This document shows positions 1 to 9,417 of a DNA stretch of 64,000 bases, piece after piece. How positions within the stretch are numbered: the first letter of the stretch is position 1; every line of letters starts with the position of its first letter. Origin of the DNA: Actinomycetota bacterium (GTDB lineage Bacteria > Actinomycetota > Actinomycetes > Nanopelagicales > Nanopelagicaceae); NCBI GenBank assembly GCA_026393035.1, contig JAPLAY010000004.1:593-64592 (forward strand), given 5' to 3'. The notes beneath the pieces were generated by a model. That model was given only the letters and a program-made list of their open reading frames with translations, did not search any database and was not told the origin of the DNA. The position numbers and the translations under genes were made by a program.

Positions 1-1
1 A

Positions 2-1093
2 ATTTCGGAAGAAAAAGCAGTGAAAGTAATGAAGGCGGCAGGTTACAAGCCTCTAGAACCTTACAGTGGGAGTAAGAATAAGTGGAAATGTCTCTGCTTA
101 ACTTGTAAAAATGTTATTTATCCAAAATATAACTCAATCCAATCTGGATATAAAGGATGTCAAACTTGCTATAAAGTCAACATAGGAAATGCAAAACGTC
201 TTCCTATAAAAAAAGTTATGGCATTTATGCAAAGTAGAAACTTGAAACCATTAGAACCTTACAAGGACTCTAATTCTCCCTGGAAGTGTAGATGCCTGCA
301 ATGTAAAATGATCATTACTCCTACTTATAGTAATTTGAAGTTTACTAAAAGTCCTTGTATTTATTGTGCTCATAAAAAAATAGATGAGAAACATGCAATC
401 AAAATAATGAGAAAAAGTGGATTAGTTCCACTCGAACCATTTAAAACTGCTAACAAGCAGTGGAAGTGTAAATGCACAAAATGTAAAAAATTATCTTCGC
501 CAAGTTATAGTCATGTCCTTGATGGACACGGTTGTATTCATTGTGGAGTTGAAAGAAGAGCAGAAAGTGCATTATTACCTCAAAAAGTAGCTGTGGCAAT
601 TATGAAGAAGGCAAAATTGCAACCACTTGAACCCTATAAGGGTGGAAATAGAAAATGGAAATGTAGGTGCCTTAAGTGCAAGAGAATTGTATACCCGTGG
701 CTAAATTCAATTAAAAATAGTAATCAGGGCGGGTGTATTTATTGTGCAGAAATAGGCTTTAACTATAAAAAGCCAGCTATTTTTTACATTATTTTTCATC
801 AAGAACATTACTCTATAAAGGTTGGTATCACTAACGGTGATACTAAGGCTGATCGTATTGCCAAACATAAACGTCAAGGCTGGGAAGTGCATAAGATTTA
901 TAATTTTAAAACAGGTATGAGCGCTTTTAAGATTGAGCAAAAAGTATTGAATTGGATGAGAAAAGATTTACAATTCGGAATGCATCTATCGAGTGATCTA
1001 ATGCCTCAGTCAGGGCACACAGAAACGGTTAGCGCTGATTTAATAACATTGCTTGAAATTCAAAAAAAGGTAGAATTACTAATTAAAAGTTAG
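2..1093 (+). CDS. Tandem zinc-ribbon repeat protein with C-terminal GIY-YIG/T5orf172-like putative nuclease domain; 5'-truncated by window edge
   Basis: Frame is open from nt 2 (ISEEKAVKVM...). Four repeats of PLEP[YF]x6WKCxCxxCx5Px10-12CxxC; C-terminus FYII..IKVGIT..RIxKH..GW..E. Confidence 0.7.
   Translation: MSEEKAVKVMKAAGYKPLEPYSGSKNKWKCLCLTCKNVIYPKYNSIQSGYKGCQTCYKVNIGNAKRLPIKKVMAFMQSRNLKPLEPYKDSNSPWKCRCLQCKMIITPTYSNLKFTKSPCIYCAHKKIDEKHAIKIMRKSGLVPLEPFKTANKQWKCKCTKCKKLSSPSYSHVLDGHGCIHCGVERRAESALLPQKVAVAIMKKAKLQPLEPYKGGNRKWKCRCLKCKRIVYPWLNSIKNSNQGGCIYCAEIGFNYKKPAIFYIIFHQEHYSIKVGITNGDTKADRIAKHKRQGWEVHKIYNFKTGMSAFKIEQKVLNWMRKDLQFGMHLSSDLMPQSGHTETVSADLITLLEIQKKVELLIKS
29..745 (+). repeat. 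Four 60-66 aa Cys-rich protein repeats in AB-AB arrangement
   Basis: Repeats start at aa M4, M70, M130 and M195 of the ORF; PLEP, WKCxCxxC and CxxC are conserved in each. Confidence 0.9.
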
Positions 1094-1117
1094 CGTTATC
1101 AGCCTTTTTCCTACTTA

Positions 1118-1963
1118 CTAATTGACTATTCTTAAGGTCACTACATTTGATTTAGCTTTACTTTCAATAGCTTTCGGCCTATTTGGTAGAGATGCTTCAA
1201 CTTCTTCTGATCTAACTTGAGTATAGATTTTTAAGGTTATGGCCACATTCTTGTGTCTCATCTGCCTTCTTACAACTTCTGGATTTACTCCCCTACGGAT
1301 CATGTCAGTTGCATACCAATGTCGAAGCATATGAGGGTTAACTTTCTTACCTCCAGTTCTTTCAATCCATTCTTTATTCTTTGAAAGTTTGAAACATGAA
1401 TTTGTCACATCCTTAGTTGGTTTACCAATCTTCCAGTACTCCTCTGGTTTCATTTCTCTAACCTCATCAGCTAACCAATCTGGAAGCAGAATTTTTCCGT
1501 AGGTTTTTGGACTTCCTAAGTGGAGACCGTCCTGAGAGAAAGCTTGGTTTACATCTAAGTAATCATTCTGAAGTTTTTCAGGAGTTACAGCACATGCCTC
1601 GCCGACTCTTAGTCCGCCATACATGCAAAGCAGTAACTGTAATCTGTACTTAGATCTTGCTATTAACCACTCAAGATCCTCTTGGCTAGGAATGTCATAG
1701 ATTTTTCCTTCACCTTCGAGATATGGAAGATCTTGGCAGATACCCAATTCTTTAAACATAGATCGGGCAGTTATGTAGAGGCGCTTCCTTGAGTTATGGT
1801 TTGCGATCTTGTCGACTCGTTCATGAATCATTCCAGAGTGAATCTCTGAGGTATCCATATCCCAGATACCCAACCTCTTCACATCAGCAACATTTGTAAG
1901 CTTGGTTGAATACTTATATGGTCTTTTTTCTATAATTTGTAATACATATTCTGAAACTAACAT
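1118..1963 (-). CDS. Tyrosine recombinase / integrase
   Basis: Catalytic set GLRVGE (R), PKT (K), HMLRH (HxxR), MRH, IYT (Y). ATG at 1963 follows AGGTAGGT, preferred over the 2017 start. Confidence 0.92.
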   Translation of the reverse strand: MLVSEYVLQIIEKRPYKYSTKLTNVADVKRLGIWDMDTSEIHSGMIHERVDKIANHNSRKRLYITARSMFKELGICQDLPYLEGEGKIYDIPSQEDLEWLIARSKYRLQLLLCMYGGLRVGEACAVTPEKLQNDYLDVNQAFSQDGLHLGSPKTYGKILLPDWLADEVREMKPEEYWKIGKPTKDVTNSCFKLSKNKEWIERTGGKKVNPHMLRHWYATDMIRRGVNPEVVRRQMRHKNVAITLKIYTQVRSEEVEASLPNRPKAIESKAKSNVVTLRIVN

Positions 1964-2049
1964 CTTGCACCTACCTATATCTGTCATATAGGTCAAAATC
2001 TGAACTAAATTGGTCAATCACCGCATGGGCGTTAAATCCGTTTTAATTC

Positions 2050-2087
2050 TAGTTAACTTACCGCCAATTTTTGGCGAAGATTAACTA
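2050..2087 (-). terminator. Hairpin 3' of tRNA-Val (probable terminator)
   Basis: TAGTTAA-CTT..CGCCAA-TTT-TTGGCG-AAG.-TTAACTA imperfect inverted repeat. Confidence 0.55.
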
Positions 2088-2102
2088 AATAAACATACTA
2101 CG

Positions 2103-2174
2103 TGGGCGGTGAGGGTTTCGAACCCCCGACATCCTCGGTGTAAACGAGGCGCTCTACCACTGAGCTAACCACCC
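2103..2174 (-). tRNA. tRNA-Val (anticodon TAC), CCA not encoded
   Basis: GGGTGGTTAGCTCAGTGGTAGAGCGCCTCGTTTACACCGAGGATGTCGGGGGTTCGAAACCCTCACCGCCCA folds as a cloverleaf; anticodon stem CCTCG/CGAGG. Confidence 0.97.
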
Positions 2175-2245
2175 AAAACTTACTGCCGCACTCTACCTGC
2201 AGATTGGCAGTATTAAAAATTCAATGCTTAATTTATAAGAAACTA

Positions 2246-2704
2246 TTACAACGCAGCGAGCGCAGCCTTGTAATCAGCCAAATTACGCGCATCGCCAAGG
2301 CCATTAACTACCTGCCAGCGAAGTACGCCTGACTTATCAATAACGAATGTTCCTCGAATTGAACATCCGCGCTCTTCATTAAATACGCCGTACGCCTTTG
2401 CTGCTGCGCCATGTGGCCAGAAGTCGGCAAGGAGTGGGAATTTGTACCCTTCTTGTTCGGCGAAAGCTTTTAGTGAATACATTGGATCGCAAGAGATTGC
2501 AATTAGTTGGACATCATCATTTTGAAATGCACCAAGATCATCGCGAAGACTGCAGAGCTCGCCAGTACAAAGACCAGAGAATGCGAATGGGTAGAAAAGA
2601 ACTACAACGTTCTTTGAACCTTTAAAAGAAGAGAGCGAAATATCTGCACCGTGTTGATCTTTAAGATCAAATTCTGGTGCCTGTGTTCCAATTTCAAGTG
2701 CCAT
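2246..2704 (-). CDS. ahpE: Peroxiredoxin, AhpE family
   Basis: FYPFAFSGLCTGEL peroxidatic motif, LADFWPHG; tRNA-Val/ahpE/DUF3052/aceE synteny as in actinobacteria. Confidence 0.85.
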   Translation of the reverse strand: MALEIGTQAPEFDLKDQHGADISLSSFKGSKNVVVLFYPFAFSGLCTGELCSLRDDLGAFQNDDVQLIAISCDPMYSLKAFAEQEGYKFPLLADFWPHGAAAKAYGVFNEERGCSIRGTFVIDKSGVLRWQVVNGLGDARNLADYKAALAAL

Positions 2705-2716
2705 TTACTCTCCTAA

Positions 2717-3124
2717 TTATTTGCGACTGGCTTTTCTGGCAACTAATTTAGTTGCGGTCCAATCTGCGCCGATAGCAAAGGATACAGTCTGTGAGAGACC
2801 GGCAGTTGGTGCGGCTTCTTGAATATCACTTGGTTCAACGTGACCATCTCTATTTACTTTTGGAGTGAGCAACCAAATTGGTCCAGTTTCAGATAGATAA
2901 GTCATGGCATCCATTAAGTCATCTACTAGATCGCCATCGCCATCTCGCCACCAAAGTAGGACGGCATCTATAACTTCTGTTGCATCGCCTTCAATAAATT
3001 TTGTACCAGTGCGCTTTTCAACCGCGCTACGAAATTCGTTGTCACAGTCAGAATCCAATCCGACTTCTAGAATCAACTCTCCTGGTTCAAGAGCGAGCCG
3101 TTCAACAATCAGATCTACCCCCAT
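2717..3124 (-). CDS. DUF3052 family protein
   Basis: LLWWRDGDGDLVD and IWLLTPK motifs; start moved to ATG 3124 after AAGGAGG. Confidence 0.85.
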   Translation of the reverse strand: MGVDLIVERLALEPGELILEVGLDSDCDNEFRSAVEKRTGTKFIEGDATEVIDAVLLWWRDGDGDLVDDLMDAMTYLSETGPIWLLTPKVNRDGHVEPSDIQEAAPTAGLSQTVSFAIGADWTATKLVARKASRK

Positions 3125-3277
3125 CGGGGTTCTTCCTCCTTTACTGCTTGAATAAATGCGAGATAGGTAATTCCAGGAGATAAGTCCACCGAACCTTGGG
3201 CAATTGCGCAAGAGGTAATCCGGGTTAATGCCGCTTTGGGTGGAAAGTTGGCACCAATTTCGTGGAAAGATACTGCC

Positions 3278-5995
3278 ATGAGCACAAACGAGCAGGCCCC
3301 TGACCATTTGATTGATCAGCTTGTCGACACCGATCCGCAAGAAACTGCAGAGTGGACCGAATCGCTTGATGCCGTATTAAAGAATGCCGGACCTGTTCGC
3401 GCTCGTTACTTAATGCTCGCGATGTTGGATCGTGCCGGAGAAAATAATCTTGGCGTTCCTGCTCTTCGCGCAACTGATTACATAAACTCAATTTCACCAA
3501 AGCAAGAACCAGCATTTCCTGGAGATGAAGCGATCGAACGTCGAATTCGCGCATTCATCCGTTGGAACGCTGCAGTTATGGTTCACCGCGCACAACGTCC
3601 GGGAATCGGAGTTGGTGGACACATATCTACTTATGCATCATCTGCTTCACTTTATGAAGTTGGTTTCAACCACTTCTTCCGCGGCAAGGATCATGCTGGC
3701 GGCGGCGATCAAATTTTTTATCAAGGCCATGCAAGTCCAGGTATGTATGCACGCGCATTTCTTGAAGGTCGCTTAACTGAACATCAGATGGATGGTTTCC
3801 GCCAAGAACTTTCACATGAAGGTGGTGGACTTTCTTCTTACCCACATCCACGTTTGATGCCAGAGTTCTGGGAATTCCCAACAGTTTCAATGGGACTTGG
3901 TCCAATCAATGCTATTTATCAAGCACGTTACAACCGTTACCTGCAAGGCCGTGGCATCAAAGATACAAGCGATCAAAATGTCTGGGCATTTCTTGGCGAT
4001 GGTGAATGTGATGAACCAGAAACTCTTGGTGCAATCAGTCTTGCTGCGCGCGAAGGTTTGGATAACTTAACTTTTGTTGTTAACTGCAACTTGCAACGTC
4101 TAGATGGTCCAGTTCGCGGAAATGGCAAGATTATTCAAGAACTTGAATCAATCTTCCGTGGCGCTGGCTGGAATGTAATCAAAGTTATCTGGGGCCGCGA
4201 GTGGGATGAACTTCTTGCAATGGATCGCGAAGGCGCTCTCGTTGATTTAATGACGAAGACAACTGATGGAGATTACCAAACATTTAAAGCGGAATCGGGC
4301 GCTTATGTTCGTGAACATTTCTTCGGCCGTGATCCACGCACTGCAGCAATGGTCGCAGATTGGTCGGATGAAAAGATTTGGGCGCTAAAGCGCGGTGGTC
4401 ATGATTACCGCAAACTATTTGCTGCTTACAAACAAGCTTCAGAACATAACGGTCGCCCAACAGTAATTCTTGCTAAGACTATTAAGGGCTGGACACTTGG
4501 TTCGCACTTTGAAGCGCGTAACTCAACGCACCAGATGAAGAAGATGACACATGAAGATCTTCTGGCATTCCGTGACACTCTTCAGATACCACTTACCGAT
4601 GAGCAGATTGATGCAAAGGCGCCACCGTATTACCACCCAGGAGTTGAATCACCTGAGTACAAATACATGATGGAACGTCGCAGTATTTTGGGTGGCTCAA
4701 TGCCATCTCGTCGTAAAGATTCTGCGCCACTGCCGCAGCCACCGATTGAAACTTATGAGTCTGTAATTCGTGGCTCTGGTCATCAAGAAGTTGCAACAAC
4801 AATGGCCTTTGTTCGCTTACTAAAAGATTTACTAAAAGATCCAGGTATCGGCAAGCACTTGGTTCCAATTATTCCGGATGAAGCACGCACCTTCGGAATG
4901 GATTCATTGTTCCCATCACTAAAGATTTACTCACCACATGGTCAGAACTACACATCAGTTGACCGGGAATTAATGCTTTCCTATAAGGAATCTACTTCGG
5001 GTGTGATTCTGCACGAAGGTATCAACGAAGCTGGTTCGACCGCTTCATTTACCGCAGTTGGAACTTCATACTCAACACACGATGTCCCAATGATTCCTAT
5101 TTATATCTTCTATTCAATGTTTGGTTTCCAGAGAACTGGCGATGCCTTCTGGGCAGCAGCAGATCAGATGGCACGCGGTTTTGTTATGGGTGCTACTGCA
5201 GGCCGCACAACGCTAAATGGTGAAGGTCTGCAACACGAAGATGGTCATTCACATCTTCTTGCTTCAACAAACCCAGCAGTTGTTTGTTATGACCCGGCAT
5301 TTGGTTACGAGCTCGGACACATCGTTCGTGATGGTTTGAATCGTATGTATGGCGAGAAAAGTGAAAATATTTACTACTACTTAACAATCTATAACGAGCC
5401 TTATGTTCAACCTGCACAACCAGATGATTTAGATATCGATGGCCTGCTTAAGGGAATTTATCTCTACTCCCCTGCAAAGCGCGGAAAGAAGAAGGTTCAA
5501 TTACTTGCTTCTGGCGTTGCGATGAACTGGGCTGTTAAGGCACAACAATTACTTGCAGATGATTGGGGCGTTGCCGCAAGCGTTTGGTCCGTTACTTCTT
5601 GGAACGAACTTCGTCGCGATGGTCTAGCCGTTGATCGCCACAACTTATTGCATCCAAACGATAAGAAGTCTGCTTACATCACAAAGAAATTGCGCGGCCA
5701 AGATGGTCCAGTAATTGCCGTAAGTGATTTCATGCGCGCAGTTCAAGATCAAATTTCACCTTGGGTTGAACAAGATTTCTATTCACTCGGTACCGATGGC
5801 TTTGGACTTTCTGATACTCGTGGTGCGCTACGTCGTCACTTCAAGGTCGATGCTGAATCAATCGTTGTTGCTGCGCTCTCAAGACTTGCTGAAGCTGGCG
5901 AAGTAAAAGCGAAAGTAGTTCAAGAAGCGTTGGATAAGTATCGCTTGAATGACATCAGCGCAGCTGACCCAGGGAATACTGAAGGTTCTGGCTGA
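3278..5995 (+). CDS. aceE: Pyruvate dehydrogenase E1, homodimeric
   Basis: [21 protein letters not shown] motif [13 protein letters not shown]; start MSTNEQ. Confidence 0.97.
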   Translation: MSTNEQAPDHLIDQLVDTDPQETAEWTESLDAVLKNAGPVRARYLMLAMLDRAGENNLGVPALRATDYINSISPKQEPAFPGDEAIERRIRAFIRWNAAVMVHRAQRPGIGVGGHISTYASSASLYEVGFNHFFRGKDHAGGGDQIFYQGHASPGMYARAFLEGRLTEHQMDGFRQELSHEGGGLSSYPHPRLMPEFWEFPTVSMGLGPINAIYQARYNRYLQGRGIKDTSDQNVWAFLGDGECDEPETLGAISLAAREGLDNLTFVVNCNLQRLDGPVRGNGKIIQELESIFRGAGWNVIKVIWGREWDELLAMDREGALVDLMTKTTDGDYQTFKAESGAYVREHFFGRDPRTAAMVADWSDEKIWALKRGGHDYRKLFAAYKQASEHNGRPTVILAKTIKGWTLGSHFEARNSTHQMKKMTHEDLLAFRDTLQIPLTDEQIDAKAPPYYHPGVESPEYKYMMERRSILGGSMPSRRKDSAPLPQPPIETYESVIRGSGHQEVATTMAFVRLLKDLLKDPGIGKHLVPIIPDEARTFGMDSLFPSLKIYSPHGQNYTSVDRELMLSYKESTSGVILHEGINEAGSTASFTAVGTSYSTHDVPMIPIYIFYSMFGFQRTGDAFWAAADQMARGFVMGATAGRTTLNGEGLQHEDGHSHLLASTNPAVVCYDPAFGYELGHIVRDGLNRMYGEKSENIYYYLTIYNEPYVQPAQPDDLDIDGLLKGIYLYSPAKRGKKKVQLLASGVAMNWAVKAQQLLADDWGVAASVWSVTSWNELRRDGLAVDRHNLLHPNDKKSAYITKKLRGQDGPVIAVSDFMRAVQDQISPWVEQDFYSLGTDGFGLSDTRGALRRHFKVDAESIVVAALSRLAEAGEVKAKVVQEALDKYRLNDISAADPGNTEGSG

Positions 5996-5999
5996 TTAA

Positions 6000-7196
6000 T
6001 TAATCTTTTGTAACTTTGCCAAGGTGGGAAAACTTTGTGGTCGCAAGCAGCATAAGAGCTGGAATTAGCAGAGCAATAGTTACGGAAGTTACCTGCGCTA
6101 CCCAAGAAATTGCAACTTTCACTATGAACGTTGCGATCACCTGAGTAAGTCCAATACGAGCAACAACAACACTGCTTGGCAGCGAAGAATTTCTGAACGA
6201 GATTCCGAATAACGTTGGCGCAAGAATCGAAGAGCCAAATCCTGCAAGCGCAAACCCGAGAAGCGAAACTATGAATCCCAAAATTTGATTTGTATGCGAT
6301 AGCCAGGTTCCCAGTGCGATGCACACTGCAAAACCCACACCACCCAAGATTGGCAACTTTGAAATTAGCTGACGCTCGCTCCATATTGCTGCAAGGCGCC
6401 TTGCATTGAATCTAACAATGATCATCGCGCCTATGAATACCGAATAACCGTAGATACTTGCTGAAGCACTCATCTTCAAGGTGTCTTTTGCATAAATTGC
6501 CGACCAATCTTGAATCGAGAATTCAGCCTGCATTGCAAGCACCATCGCTAAAACTATTACTGGTTGAAAATTGAAGGTCTTGGCAATTTCTTTAATTGAA
6601 AAACTTGGGAATGCATCAGCCTCTTCATTCTTACCAATGAAATATGGCGTTGATTTTATGATGCCATACATCGTGAAAAGCCACATGACAAAAACAGTTA
6701 CACCAATATGCCAGCAAAGTGTCACAAAAGGCGTAATAACAATTGCAAGTAGAGAAGTTACGAGAGCGCCCAGGCTCCAAAGGCCATGGAGTTTGGGGAG
6801 AATTAGTTCACCAACCTCTTCCTGTCGATGGATGGCTTGGGCATTATTCGCAATATGAAAGGAGATCCAACAGAAAGAAGCAAAGATATTTAGAAGTAAA
6901 AAATAATTTGGGTTGTGCATATGTGGGAAAAGAGCAAGTGAAGCAAATAGCCCAGTGGATCCAAAGGTAACAATTGGCTTTATCCCGTAACTATGGACCC
7001 AGTTACCTACCAAAACGAATGCAATCAAACTACCGACAGCGCCAAGACTTAGGATCGTTCCGAATGTTCCATTATTTACGCCAAGTTGATCGCGAAGTTC
7101 GGGGAATCTCGTTGCGATAGCCATTCCGCCAATTCCAAAAGGCAAAAATAGATAACTGAACGCTCGGCGTTCGATTTTTGAGAATTTAGATTTCAA
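6000..7196 (-). CDS. MFS transporter
   Basis: About 12 hydrophobic segments; LHGLWSLG and E..DWSAIY motifs. Confidence 0.8.
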   Translation of the reverse strand: MKSKFSKIERRAFSYLFLPFGIGGMAIATRFPELRDQLGVNNGTFGTILSLGAVGSLIAFVLVGNWVHSYGIKPIVTFGSTGLFASLALFPHMHNPNYFLLLNIFASFCWISFHIANNAQAIHRQEEVGELILPKLHGLWSLGALVTSLLAIVITPFVTLCWHIGVTVFVMWLFTMYGIIKSTPYFIGKNEEADAFPSFSIKEIAKTFNFQPVIVLAMVLAMQAEFSIQDWSAIYAKDTLKMSASASIYGYSVFIGAMIIVRFNARRLAAIWSERQLISKLPILGGVGFAVCIALGTWLSHTNQILGFIVSLLGFALAGFGSSILAPTLFGISFRNSSLPSSVVVARIGLTQVIATFIVKVAISWVAQVTSVTIALLIPALMLLATTKFSHLGKVTKD

Positions 7197-8092
7197 TAGA
7201 GTGCACTCGCAAGTTCTCTTCGAGCAACAATTAAATCTGGATCAGATGGGTCAACTAAAGCAAATAGAACGAGGAGATGTTCGCGTACAACTTTCTTCTC
7301 ATCCCCTTCGCTAGACTTAACCAAACGAATCAAGCGATCAAAGGCCGACTTATTTAAGCCACTTGCAATTTCAACATCTGCCGCTTTCAATTGAATAGAA
7401 ATTTCATTTGGATTAGCACTAGCGAGTGTCATAACTTCCTTTGGATCTAAATCTTTTACTCGAAGAATTAACTCGGTCTGGGCTAACCCTAACTTCGCCA
7501 AACTATCGCCAGGTTTGCGCGTTAGCCATTTTTCGTAATGCGCTTTGGCTTCACCCAAATCGCCCTTCTCCATCGCTTCCATGGCAGCAATCTCTTCAGG
7601 CTCCATCGGAACTTCTGGCGCCTCAGATTTTTCAAGCGCTTGACCAACGCCACGTTCTGCAGCGAGTCCAACAACTTTATCGATTACAAGTCTTATTTGT
7701 TCTGGTGTGGGTACAGCTTCAAAGAGAGGAACCATCTGCTCTTGAATAATTGCAATCGCAATTGGTACCGATTGAATTTGTAGGGCTTGGGCAACTTGAA
7801 CTTCAGTATCAACATTGACAGTTCCAAGAATCCAAGCTGGCTCGCCATTTTCGAGCAGATCGGCCTCTTGGTATTTACCCATTACCTCTAAAAGTGAAAT
7901 AGCTTGTGTGCTTCTAGGCGACCAACATATAAGAATTACTACTTTTTGATTTGAAGCGGGAAGTACTTCGCTAACTAAATTTGCTTGGGTTACGGCAATC
8001 CCTGGTGTTGGAATTTCTGGCGCAGCTGGCTTGCCTAACGAACTTAGGTCTACGGCACTTGCAAAATTCTTTGGCAGTGGCGGCAAACTCAT
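7193..8092 (-). CDS. Thioredoxin-like/TPR co-chaperone (YbbN/CnoX type, no CxxC)
   Basis: AVDLSSL N-terminus, WSPRS, VNVD..IQSVP, C-terminal ARRELASALY. Confidence 0.85.
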   Translation of the reverse strand: MSLPPLPKNFASAVDLSSLGKPAAPEIPTPGIAVTQANLVSEVLPASNQKVVILICWSPRSTQAISLLEVMGKYQEADLLENGEPAWILGTVNVDTEVQVAQALQIQSVPIAIAIIQEQMVPLFEAVPTPEQIRLVIDKVVGLAAERGVGQALEKSEAPEVPMEPEEIAAMEAMEKGDLGEAKAHYEKWLTRKPGDSLAKLGLAQTELILRVKDLDPKEVMTLASANPNEISIQLKAADVEIASGLNKSAFDRLIRLVKSSEGDEKKVVREHLLVLFALVDPSDPDLIVARRELASALY

Positions 8093-8121
8093 GTCGCCAT
8101 CCTACATATATCTAGCGGAGA

Positions 8122-9369
8122 TTATTTTGAAGGAGGCTCGTGAATGCCTGGAACAGTCACACCGACATAGGTTCTAAAGGGCAGAATATTTTCAATGTAA
8201 TCCTTGGTAGCAAAATCAAGACCTAGATCATGCCCAGCTTGTTCACCGATATACCAACGATGTTCCAATATTTCATGGAACATCTGAGTTTGTTCAACCC
8301 GATCTGTTAGTTCTTTTGGAACTTGATTCATTACGTGGTGGTAAGTATCACGCAGCCATCTGCGGGCGCTGTCATGAACTGGTGGTTTTGGCGTAGCTTC
8401 ACGGCCACGGAAGCGATCGAAAGATGCAAGCAAACGTTTCGCTTGAAGTTCTTCAGCATGAATACCAAGTAATTCGAGTAATCGATTCTGGTGGTATCCA
8501 GCAGCAACCAATTTAGGTTGAAATTTTAATTCACCCTTGTCGCCATTAATTGATACTTCGACCTCTTCAACGGCGAATCCCAAATCTTGTAACTGACGCA
8601 TCGCACCTTCAACAGCATGGCGATCATTTGGATCAAGTATTTGTGGTTCGCGAAGTGCTTTCCAAAGTCTGCGATAGCGCTTAATTACACCTTCACTTGC
8701 ACGAATTGGATCCATGTCAGCAAGGAGAACGCCAGCAATTTTCAGATCTTCAAGTTCAGCAGCAACGTTAAATAGTGAAATTTCCAAATCATGTTCGCGC
8801 TGACCATCTGTTAGACGAGTTTGAAACTCACCGGTTTCAGCATCCACAAGGTAGGCCGCAAATTGATCAGCATCGCGACGGAAAAGCGTGTTTGATAATG
8901 AGCAATCCCCCCACCAAAATCCAAGTAGGTGAAGGCGAACTAAAAGCAGAGCTAGCGCGTTAGCCATATTTGTAATCTCATGTGGAGTTATCTCGGCACT
9001 TAGGATTACGCGAAATGGAAGTGAGAAGGGCAGATAGTGCGTGACTAAAGCCGCAGGAAGTTCATTGCCTTCACCGTCAGTTCTATTTTCGATAACTGCG
9101 ACTGGCTCAACACATGGCGCTTCGCGGCTATTTAATTCACGCAGCAGCGCATATTCGCGGTTAGCAAATTCTGGAACAGTCTCTTTGATCGCATAAATTT
9201 GGGAATTGGAATTTTCATTCGCCTTAACAAGACGCACGATGTGTCTTGAAATACCGCGCATATCTGTAAGTGAGGCATCTTCTGGCCATATTTCTAGTGG
9301 ATTTGCCCAAGGTAGACGGGCTAGGGCAGACATCTCTTCTGCCAATCCAGTTATTCGTAAGTCAGCCAC
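8122..9369 (-). CDS. DUF4032 domain protein (kinase-like fold)
   Basis: RGISRHIVR, WGDCSLSNTLFRRDA, YLVDAETG, EILEHRWY. Confidence 0.85.
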   Translation of the reverse strand: MADLRITGLAEEMSALARLPWANPLEIWPEDASLTDMRGISRHIVRLVKANENSNSQIYAIKETVPEFANREYALLRELNSREAPCVEPVAVIENRTDGEGNELPAALVTHYLPFSLPFRVILSAEITPHEITNMANALALLLVRLHLLGFWWGDCSLSNTLFRRDADQFAAYLVDAETGEFQTRLTDGQREHDLEISLFNVAAELEDLKIAGVLLADMDPIRASEGVIKRYRRLWKALREPQILDPNDRHAVEGAMRQLQDLGFAVEEVEVSINGDKGELKFQPKLVAAGYHQNRLLELLGIHAEELQAKRLLASFDRFRGREATPKPPVHDSARRWLRDTYHHVMNQVPKELTDRVEQTQMFHEILEHRWYIGEQAGHDLGLDFATKDYIENILPFRTYVGVTVPGIHEPPSK

Positions 9370-9417
9370 GGGGCCATTCTCTCCTATTTTGAGTTACCGC
9401 GCCGTTAAAATACGGTT

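Larger units (their letters stand above)
1..2102. mobile_element. Right-hand end of a genomic island / integrative element inserted at tRNA-Val
   Basis: Integrase lies immediately 3' of the tRNA; region is visibly AT-richer than the flanking core genes; other end is outside the window. Confidence 0.75.

Noticed and set aside
2181-2212. TACTGCC...GGCAGTA inverted repeat between ahpE and tRNA-Val
   Set aside because: 7-bp arms with a long loop; could be a weak terminator but is too weakly supported to call.
3125-3340. N-terminal extensions of DUF3052 (to 3340) and aceE (to 3236)
   Set aside because: They would overlap head-to-head; better starts exist at 3124 (AAGGAGG) and 3278.
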